A stretch of 64,000 nucleotides of DNA. It comes from Geobacteraceae bacterium (GTDB taxonomy: Bacteria; Desulfobacterota; Desulfuromonadia; Geobacterales; Geobacteraceae). The stretch spans positions 4,998-68,997 of the forward strand of contig DASRZQ010000043.1 in assembly GCA_035686205.1 (NCBI GenBank), written 5' to 3'. Both the position numbers and the translations under genes were made by a program. The notes beneath the pieces were generated by a model. The model did not search any database. It had not been told where the DNA came from and saw only the letters and a list, made by a program, of their open reading frames with translations. This document shows positions 47,715 through 54,604 of this stretch, in pieces. How positions within the stretch are numbered: position 1 is the first letter of the stretch; every line of letters starts with the position of its first letter.

Positions 47715-48602
47715 ATGAGTGTGACATCGGCAATGTATACGGGCGTTAGCGGTCTCATCAATAACGGCGAAGCGATGAACGTAATCGGCAACAATATTTC
47801 CAATGTTAATACCATAGGGTTCAAAACAGGCAGAACACTGTTTTCCGATATGCTGTCCTCCAGTATCGGCAACAACTCACAGATCGGGCGCGGAGTCCAG
47901 ATCCAGAAGGTCGATAACGTCTTCGGACAGGGATCGCTGGAAAGCACGTCGAGCTTGACGGATCTGGCAATCCAGGGGGACGGGTTCTTTGCTCTGGGCG
48001 CTCCAAATTCCTCCGGCACGGCGACTCCAGCATCCGCATATTACACACGGGCCGGTTCCTTCCGTCTTGACAGCACCGGACTCGGGCTGGTCAACCCTGA
48101 CAACTACAAAGTTCTTGACACTGCCGGGAATGCGATAACCTTTCCGCCAACCTATACCGATACGAACAACAATACCCTCAACTTCCAGAAGGTTACCGGC
48201 GTTGACAGCAACGGTGCAATCTCTCTCCTTTACTCCGATGCAAACGGCAATACCGCGACGGTTTACTATGCGGGCTCCGGTGCGGTTGATCCCGCCTATG
48301 CCAATGCGGTCAAGATCGCGGAAGTAAATATTCCCAACCCTCCAGGAATGACCAAGCAGGGGGGAACGCTTTTTTCTTTGACCACCGACTCGGGAACACC
48401 CGCCGCTCCGGCTTCCGGCGTGTTTGCGAGCGCCAACGGCACCAGCGAGAAGGTGCTTTCCAATTCCCTTGAACTCAGCAACGTGGACATGTCGACGGAG
48501 TTTGTAAACATGATTACAACCCAGAGGGCCTATTCGGCCAACTCCAAAACCATAACCACCGTTGACCAGATGACACAGGACGTATTGAACATGATCAGGT
48601 AA
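47715..48602 (+). CDS. flgE: flagellar hook protein FlgE (short form, 295 aa)
   Basis: N-terminus MYTGVSGLINNGEAMNVIGNNISNVNTIGFK. C-terminus LELSNVDMSTEFVNMITTQRAYSANSKTITTVDQM. Confidence 0.88.
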   Translation: MSVTSAMYTGVSGLINNGEAMNVIGNNISNVNTIGFKTGRTLFSDMLSSSIGNNSQIGRGVQIQKVDNVFGQGSLESTSSLTDLAIQGDGFFALGAPNSSGTATPASAYYTRAGSFRLDSTGLGLVNPDNYKVLDTAGNAITFPPTYTDTNNNTLNFQKVTGVDSNGAISLLYSDANGNTATVYYAGSGAVDPAYANAVKIAEVNIPNPPGMTKQGGTLFSLTTDSGTPAAPASGVFASANGTSEKVLSNSLELSNVDMSTEFVNMITTQRAYSANSKTITTVDQMTQDVLNMIR

Positions 48603-48647
48603 ACCTGAAAAAGATATCCGTGCAAAAAAGATATCCGTGCAAAATGA

Positions 48648-48675
48648 AAGGGCGGCCACAGTGCCGCCCTTTTTG
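48648..48675 (+). terminator. intrinsic terminator after flgE
   Basis: AAGGGCGGC-CACAGT-GCCGCCCTTTTT. Preceded by a tandem duplication of about 17 bp (AAAAGATATCCGTGCAA x2, 48608-48644). Confidence 0.8.
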
Positions 48676-48836
48676 CAGGTCAAAAGATTGACATGGCTCT
48701 CTCCAAAATACCGACATTCGGGCATTTGCGGATATGGACGGGCAGGCGGCTCACTCCCGCTTTATTATCCCGGAAGCCTGTACAGAAGCGTTTATTCCGC
48801 CGGGGCGTCATCAGATGGAATACCGTCGAATATTTA

Positions 48837-48852
48837 TGGCACCACGGTTGCA
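48837..48852 (+). promoter_or_regulatory. sigma54 (-24/-12) promoter upstream of fliL
   Basis: TGGCAC-CACGG-TTGCA is a full consensus match. Lies 55 nt upstream of ATG 48907. Confidence 0.8.
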
Positions 48853-48906
48853 ATGCAGGAAAACCGAACGCGGAGACATCGTGGAATAATATAAGGAGGA
48901 TAACCG

Positions 48907-49386
48907 ATGGCGTCGAAGGATGAAGAAAAGGTACAGGAAAAAACACCCGGTAAATCGAAAAAGAGTTTATTCATTATCATGGGCGTCGCGCTGGCCGCTG
49001 CCGCCCTGGCCGCGGTCGGCGCTTTTATGTTTACAGGAGAAAGCAAGGGGAGTTCGCAAAAGGTCGAAAAAGTATCCCCGGAAACATTGACTATCTTCAC
49101 CCTTGAACCGTTTATCGTGAATATTTATGATGGACAGGACCTCAGATATCTGAAACTGAGGGTCGAGATGGAGCTTGCCAACGCCGAAGCGAAAAACGAG
49201 CTTACGGCGAGGCAGGCGCAGATACGTGACAGCATACTGTCCATACTCACCACAAAAACTTTCCAGGACTTGCAATATCTCCAGGGGAAAAACCAGCTTA
49301 AGCAAGAAATAATGGCTTCCGTTACCAGGATAGTGTCTCAAGGCAAAATCAAGCAGATATATTTCACGGATTTCGTAGTCCAATAA
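48907..49386 (+). CDS. fliL: flagellar basal body-associated protein FliL
   Basis: 159 aa. Single TM segment (LFIIMGVALAAAALAAVGAFMF). FliL domain LEPFIVNIYDGQDLRYLKLRVEMEL. RBS AAGGAGGA. Confidence 0.9.
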   Translation: MASKDEEKVQEKTPGKSKKSLFIIMGVALAAAALAAVGAFMFTGESKGSSQKVEKVSPETLTIFTLEPFIVNIYDGQDLRYLKLRVEMELANAEAKNELTARQAQIRDSILSILTTKTFQDLQYLQGKNQLKQEIMASVTRIVSQGKIKQIYFTDFVVQ

Positions 49387-49432
49387 AATCAGCTGCCGGC
49401 TGCCGGCTGCTTGGGTCTTTCAGAGGATTGAT

Positions 49433-50413
49433 TTGGAAAAGATTCTTACGAGAGAGGAAATAGACGCCCTGCTGGAGGCCATATTCGACGGGCGCATAGA
49501 GCCGGACAAAGAACTGGCTGAAGAGAACGACCGGGTTTTCGTATATGACCTTTTCAGCACCGAGCACAAGGTGCTGGTGCCGAACCTGGATGTAATCTAT
49601 GACAGTTTTATCAGGTTCAACAGGGTCACGCTGTCAAATCGCCTGCGGAAGATCGTGGAAATCAGGAAGGTGGCGTCACAACCCTACAAGTTCGACGAAT
49701 TCCTGCGAACCCTCCCGTCGCCCGTGTGCATGGCAATTTACAAGATCGACCCTCTGAAAGGCGCGGCGCTGATAGCCATGGACAGCAACCTGGTTTTCAC
49801 TCTGGTTGATTGCATACTTGGGGGGACGGGCGCACCCAACATGCCCGACAGCAGCCGCATGTTCACTTCCATAGAGCTGCGCCTCATGGAAACGATCGTA
49901 AAAGACGTTCTTAGCGACATGGAAAAAGCCTGGGCCCATGTATTGACGACAAAGATGAGCCTGCTGCGCATGGAAATGAATCCCCGCCTTGTTACGATCG
50001 TGCCGCCGGAGTACCAGATAGTTACGATGTCTCTCGAGATTCAGATAGAGGATTTCAAGGGCGAAATGGTGTTTGCCATTCCCTTAATGACCATAGAGCC
50101 GGTGCGGGACAAGCTGAAGGCAGGCACGCAGCTTGACGTGATGGCAGTCGACCCGCAGTGGTCGAGCCGTCTGTCCAGCGGGCTGATGGACGCGCCGATG
50201 GAATTGACTGTCGAACTGGGCGGGTCCGTGATCACACTCGGAGAACTCATGAATTTGACTCCGGGGGACACTATCGTGCTGGACAAGGACAGCCGGAGCG
50301 ACCTGACGGTAAAGATAGAAGGCACCTGCAAATATTTTGCGATACCCGGCGCCAGGGGAGGCAACAAGGCGGTTCAGCTAACGGGGATTTTTAACAAGGA
50401 GGCCGCGGCGTGA
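49433..50413 (+). CDS. fliM: flagellar motor switch protein FliM
   Basis: 326 aa with TTG start. N-terminal CheY-P-binding-type peptide LTREEIDALLEAI. FliM middle and SpoA-like C-terminal domains. Confidence 0.93.
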   Translation: MEKILTREEIDALLEAIFDGRIEPDKELAEENDRVFVYDLFSTEHKVLVPNLDVIYDSFIRFNRVTLSNRLRKIVEIRKVASQPYKFDEFLRTLPSPVCMAIYKIDPLKGAALIAMDSNLVFTLVDCILGGTGAPNMPDSSRMFTSIELRLMETIVKDVLSDMEKAWAHVLTTKMSLLRMEMNPRLVTIVPPEYQIVTMSLEIQIEDFKGEMVFAIPLMTIEPVRDKLKAGTQLDVMAVDPQWSSRLSSGLMDAPMELTVELGGSVITLGELMNLTPGDTIVLDKDSRSDLTVKIEGTCKYFAIPGARGGNKAVQLTGIFNKEAAA

Positions 50414-50718
50414 GCGAGACTGAGGAAAAAACCGAAAATACGCAGGTTCCGCAGGACAGGAAAAACCTGGAATTTATACTGGATATACCGCTGCAGCTGA
50501 CAGTCGAACTCGGCCGCACGAAAATTCTGGTCAAGGATATCCTGGAATTGAACCAGGGAGCGGTTGTGGAACTGGGAAAGCTTGCGGGGGAACTGCTGGA
50601 CGTATATGTCAACTCGAAGCTGGTTGCCCGCGGGGAGGCCGTCATAATTAATGAAAAGTTTGGCGTGAGGCTCGTGGATATAGTCAGTCCCAACGAAAGG
50701 GTGGAGAAAGTGGTATGA
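50410..50718 (+). CDS. fliN: flagellar motor switch protein FliN
   Basis: 102 aa. SpoA domain LDIPLQLTVELGRTKILVKDILELNQGAVVEL. Confidence 0.93.
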   Translation: MSETEEKTENTQVPQDRKNLEFILDIPLQLTVELGRTKILVKDILELNQGAVVELGKLAGELLDVYVNSKLVARGEAVIINEKFGVRLVDIVSPNERVEKVV

Positions 50719-51203
50719 GATTTTTGCAGATCCCGGTTTATATTGCCTTTTGTCCGGTTTCTGCCCTGGCCGCCGAAACGGTGGGGGAAGCCGGCGGGTT
50801 CAGTCTCGTATCCGGCACCGTGAGGATGGTCGCCTCGCTTGCGGTCGTCATCGGGGTAATCCTGGTATTTCAATATCTGTCCAGGAAATGGATGAAAGGT
50901 CCGTTCCACGGGGGTTCCCGGGGCGGATATATTCGCGTGGTGGAGAACCGGTTCCTCGCACCGAAAAAAGCCCTGCTCCTCGTGGAGGTATCCGGTGAGT
51001 ACATGCTGCTCAGCAGCTGCGGAGACAATATAAACTTCATCAAACAGGTTGACATGATCGAAGAGGTCGAAATAATCGGGGAAGAGTCGCCGGTTTCATT
51101 CCGCGAGACGTTACAGGACCGGCTGAAGGGGTTGACCGCACGTTTTCCGGCTGCCGCCTGCACATTCCCGTCCGTATTAAGAAAAGGCGGAATACGGCCG
51201 TGA
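50715..51203 (+). CDS. fliO: flagellar biosynthesis protein FliO
   Basis: 162 aa. Signal/TM plus a second TM segment (MVASLAVVIGVILVFQYL). Sits between fliN and fliP with 4-nt overlaps. Confidence 0.75.
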   Translation: MRFLQIPVYIAFCPVSALAAETVGEAGGFSLVSGTVRMVASLAVVIGVILVFQYLSRKWMKGPFHGGSRGGYIRVVENRFLAPKKALLLVEVSGEYMLLSSCGDNINFIKQVDMIEEVEIIGEESPVSFRETLQDRLKGLTARFPAAACTFPSVLRKGGIRP

Positions 51204-51955
51204 AAATCAACAAAACGATTATCACCGGATTTGTCCTGATTTCCCTCTTTATGGCCCATCTGGCGTTTGCCGAGCCCCTGGCCGTACCGTCAGTGAGCAT
51301 AGGACTGGGAAAAGTGTCCAAGCCCGGCGACATCACGGTCCTGATGCAGATATTTTTTCTCATCACAATCCTTTCGCTCGCTCCGGGACTGATAATCATG
51401 ACAACTTCCTTTACCCGGATCGTCGTGGTGCTTTCATTTCTGAGAAATGCAATGGGTACCCAGCAGGCGCCGTCGAACCAGATTATCATTGCATTGTCCC
51501 TTTTCCTGACTTTCTATATCATGGGTCCAGTCTGGCAGCAGATAAACACCCAGGCGATCCAGCCGTACAAGGCGCAGAGCATCAGCCAGGAGCAGGCGAT
51601 CGAAAGGGCGACGGCGCCGGTGCGCAAATTCATGCTTTCCCAGACAAGGGAAAAGGATTTGGCACTGTTTCTGAATCTGTCAAAAATGCCCAGGCCGAAT
51701 AATGCCTCTGAAATTCCAACCCTCACAATAATTCCGGCATTCATGATCAGCGAACTGCGGACCGCATTCCAGATAGGGTTTCTCGTTTACATCCCGTTCC
51801 TGGTAGTCGATATGGTCGTTGCGTCGGTCCTCATGTCCATGGGCATGATGATGCTGCCTCCGGTCATGATTTCGCTTCCCTTCAAGATACTGCTGTTCAT
51901 ACTTGTGGACGGCTGGGGGCTGATTATCAGTTCGCTGGTGAAGAGCTTTGGGTAA
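51200..51955 (+). CDS. fliP: flagellar export apparatus protein FliP
   Basis: 251 aa. TSFTRIVVVLSFLRNAMGTQQAPSNQIIIALSLFLTFYIM. Confidence 0.95.
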   Translation: MKINKTIITGFVLISLFMAHLAFAEPLAVPSVSIGLGKVSKPGDITVLMQIFFLITILSLAPGLIIMTTSFTRIVVVLSFLRNAMGTQQAPSNQIIIALSLFLTFYIMGPVWQQINTQAIQPYKAQSISQEQAIERATAPVRKFMLSQTREKDLALFLNLSKMPRPNNASEIPTLTIIPAFMISELRTAFQIGFLVYIPFLVVDMVVASVLMSMGMMMLPPVMISLPFKILLFILVDGWGLIISSLVKSFG

Positions 51956-51970
51956 CGAGGAACGTAAAAG

Positions 51971-52062
51971 GCTCCCCCTCTTAAGTTAAGAGGGAGGTGG
52001 GGGGGAGTTATGAAAAAAAGAAAATAACCCCTCCCGGCCTCCCCTTAAATTAAGGGGAGGAG
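51971..52062. repeat. G-rich triple-hairpin repeat element, copy 2 (fliP|fliQ gap)
   Basis: Three parts: CCCTCTTAA-G-TTAAGAGGG palindrome; GGGGGAGTTAT-(loop)-ATAACCCCTCCC; CCTCCCCTTAA-A-TTAAGGGGAGG palindrome. Same architecture as 18810-18904. Confidence 0.8.
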
Positions 52063-52084
52063 AAAATAAGAAAGGAACAAACAC

Positions 52085-52354
52085 ATGACCCCCGAACTGG
52101 TAGTACAGCTGGCCCGCAGGAGTTTCGAAACCGCGTTGCTGTTGTCGGCGCCTCTTCTCATTTTCAGCCTGGTTGTGGGCCTGCTGGTCAGTATATTCCA
52201 GACGATTACCTCCATCAACGAGGCGACTCTCGCCTTTGTTCCCAAAATAGTGGCGGTCATGGTGGCGTTGATCATTTTTTTCCCATGGATGATGAGTTAC
52301 ATGTCGGACTTCACGAGGGAGGTGTTTGCCATAATCCCCAACCTCCGTCATTGA
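52085..52354 (+). CDS. fliQ: flagellar export apparatus protein FliQ
   Basis: 89 aa, two TM segments. INEATLAFVPKIVAVMVALIIF. Confidence 0.92.
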   Translation: MTPELVVQLARRSFETALLLSAPLLIFSLVVGLLVSIFQTITSINEATLAFVPKIVAVMVALIIFFPWMMSYMSDFTREVFAIIPNLRH

Positions 52355-52390
52355 TCCTCAACCCGTTTCCATGTGTTCCGCGGACCCTCG

Positions 52391-53179
52391 ATGTTTCCTT
52401 TACTGCCATTTCTGAACCTTAACGAGATCAGCTTTTTTGCCCTTGTCCTGGCTCGCCTGGCGGGCATATTTTCGGCCATCCCGCTTTTCGGGGGGGACAG
52501 GGTCCCCAGGACGATCCGCGTGGCGCTCGTGCTGGTAATGACTCTCGTCTGTTATCCCGTCCTGAAAACAAAAATCCCTCAGCTTCCAGCCGACACCCTG
52601 TCACTGTTAATCCTCATTATACGCGAAACCCTGATAGGCATCTCCCTGGGCCTGCTGTCGAGGATCATCTTTACGGCGGTTGAATTTTGCGGCCAGCTGG
52701 TCGGCATGCAGATGGGATTTTCCATGTCGAGCATGTTCGATCCCTCCATGGGACAGGTTCCGCTGCTGGCGACTTTCCAGATACTCCTGGCGACGCTCCT
52801 GTTTCTCACGCTTGAAATACACCATGTATTTATTCGCGCCATTGTTGAAAGCTACAAAATAATGCCTCCCGGCACCTGGCAGATGAGCGGCGGCCTCATG
52901 CGGTTTTTCGTGACTTTGACAAGCGGAATGTTCGTTACCGGGGTAAAACTGGCCGCCCCGGTCATGGTTGCGCTCCTTGCCACAAGCGTAGTCCTGGGGA
53001 TCATGGCCAGGTCTTTCCCGCAGATGAATATCTTCATGCTCAGCATGCCGCTCAATATCGGTGTAGGCATGCTGGTGCTGGGCCTTTCCCTTCTCATATT
53101 CATACACACACTTGAAATATCCTTCGAGAACATCGGTATCCAAATCAATACGCTTTTCAAAATCCTTTCAGGGGCCTGA
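52391..53179 (+). CDS. fliR: flagellar export apparatus protein FliR
   Basis: About 262 aa, polytopic. FALVLARLAGIFSAIPLFG. Start is ATG 52391 or the listed GTG 52373. Confidence 0.9.
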   Translation: MFPLLPFLNLNEISFFALVLARLAGIFSAIPLFGGDRVPRTIRVALVLVMTLVCYPVLKTKIPQLPADTLSLLILIIRETLIGISLGLLSRIIFTAVEFCGQLVGMQMGFSMSSMFDPSMGQVPLLATFQILLATLLFLTLEIHHVFIRAIVESYKIMPPGTWQMSGGLMRFFVTLTSGMFVTGVKLAAPVMVALLATSVVLGIMARSFPQMNIFMLSMPLNIGVGMLVLGLSLLIFIHTLEISFENIGIQINTLFKILSGA

Positions 53180-53181
53180 CC

Positions 53182-54243
53182 GTGGCTGACGACAAACATT
53201 CAAAAACAGAACAGCCGACAAGCAAAAAACTGAATGAAGCCAGGAAGAAAGGTTCACCCCCGCAGAGCCGCGACCTGACGTCAACCATAACCCTGCTGGC
53301 AGGAATGGTCTCGCTGTATGCGAGCGGCGGCTACATGATGTCCATATTGAAGAAAAACAGCCGGTCAGTTCTTTCCAATGCCGGAACTTTTGATTGCAGC
53401 CAGTCCGGCATATACATGCTTATGCTGAAACAGGTCTTTAACCTGGCGGTGATACTCGGTCCGTTCCTGTTTATTATCATGCTTTCCGGAATAATGAGTT
53501 CCATCGTCCAGGGAGGGGCTTCCGCGTCCGCCGAGAGGCTCACCTTGAAACTCGACGGCCTCAGCCCGGCAAACGGTATAAAAAAAATATTCAGGAAAGA
53601 ATCCATCTTCGAGTCGGTCAAATCGTTCATAAAAATATTCATTGTCGGTTTTGTCGCATACCACATCATGAAGGATGAGATCGGCAATGTGCTGTTTTTG
53701 ACCGAAACCGATATACAGGGTCTGATCGAATTCGTCAGCCATATATCCTTCAAGATCGTTCTCCACACGTGCGGAATCCTTCTGGTGCTGGCCCTCCTGG
53801 ATTATGCCTTCGTAAAATGGCGGTTTATCCAGAACCTGAAGATGACCAAACAGGAAGTCAAGGATGAGCACAAGGAATCCGAGGGCGATCCGAAGATCAA
53901 GGGAAAAATCAGGCGTCTGCAGATGGAAAAGGCATACAGGCGCCTGAGACAGATAATTCCGACCGCCGATGTGGTAGTAACAAACCCGACCCACTTTGCG
54001 GTTGCCCTCAAATACGACCGCGAAAAGATGGCGGCTCCTTTCGTCATCGCCAAGGGGGCCGATGACCTGGCCATGAGGATAAAGGTACTGGCAAAGGACA
54101 ATAACGTAATGCTTGTCGAAAACAGGTTTCTTGCCCGGGAACTGTATGCCCAGGTCAAGGAAGGGCAGGAAATTCCGGAGTCCCTGTATGTGGCGGTAGC
54201 CGAACTCCTTGCGTATGTGTACAGCATAAAGGGAATGGTCTGA
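53182..54243 (+). CDS. flhB: flagellar export switch protein FlhB
   Basis: 353 aa with GTG start. KTEQPTSKKLNEARKKG N-terminus. NPTH autocleavage site (VVVTNPTHFAVAL). Confidence 0.95.
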   Translation: MADDKHSKTEQPTSKKLNEARKKGSPPQSRDLTSTITLLAGMVSLYASGGYMMSILKKNSRSVLSNAGTFDCSQSGIYMLMLKQVFNLAVILGPFLFIIMLSGIMSSIVQGGASASAERLTLKLDGLSPANGIKKIFRKESIFESVKSFIKIFIVGFVAYHIMKDEIGNVLFLTETDIQGLIEFVSHISFKIVLHTCGILLVLALLDYAFVKWRFIQNLKMTKQEVKDEHKESEGDPKIKGKIRRLQMEKAYRRLRQIIPTADVVVTNPTHFAVALKYDREKMAAPFVIAKGADDLAMRIKVLAKDNNVMLVENRFLARELYAQVKEGQEIPESLYVAVAELLAYVYSIKGMV

Positions 54244-54319
54244 CCGTGCGGCAAAGGCTGGTCTCTTTTGACAAAACCTTGACATGAGACCGTTCAAAAT
54301 CCTGTCTTTGTACTTGTTT

Positions 54320-54420
54320 TCATAAATATGATGTCATCTCGACCGAAGGGAGAGATCTTAATGCATGCGGCAGAACCTTCAAAATTTCTCTCCATGTACG
54401 AAATGACAACATTTCTGTAT
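54320..54420. repeat. diverged copy (C) of the long-hairpin element
   Basis: Inner arms GTCATCTCGACCGAAGGGAGAGATCTT (54333-54359) and AAAATTTCTCTCCATGTACGAAATGAC (54381-54407) parallel those of copies A and B. Confidence 0.6.
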
Positions 54421-54429
54421 TTCATAGAT

Positions 54430-54492
54430 TCAGGTTTGATCCGCGTTCATCAGGTTTGATCCGCGTCCTGGCGCTTGTTTCAGGTTTCACCG
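54430..54492 (+). promoter_or_regulatory. direct repeats upstream of the flhA sigma54 promoter (candidate enhancer/UAS)
   Basis: TCAGGTTTGATCCGCGT occurs exactly twice (54430-54446 and 54450-54466, 20-bp period), with a partial third copy TCAGGTTTCACCG at 54480. Repeat centres lie about 100, 80 and 54 nt upstream of the -24 GG. Confidence 0.45.
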
Positions 54493-54538
54493 ATTCACTC
54501 CTTTGTGTCCCGAGCCTTGCTCCTAGCGACGCATTATG

Positions 54539-54554
54539 TGGCATACCGGTTGCA
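54539..54554 (+). promoter_or_regulatory. sigma54 (-24/-12) promoter upstream of flhA
   Basis: TGGCAT-ACCGG-TTGCA. Lies 51 nt upstream of ATG 54605. Shares CGGTTGCAAT with the fliL promoter. Confidence 0.75.
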
Positions 54555-54604
54555 ATTATAGTTACAGTACAAAAATCATACGTAATTATAGCAGGTTACA
54601 ATCC

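Noticed and set aside
53365-54297. 310-aa minus-strand ORF; similarly 47877-48725 (282 aa), 40724-41536 (270 aa) and 41856-42653 (265 aa)
   Set aside because: All are antisense to well-supported flagellar genes (flhB, flgE, fliG, fliH/fliI). They have no recognisable domains.
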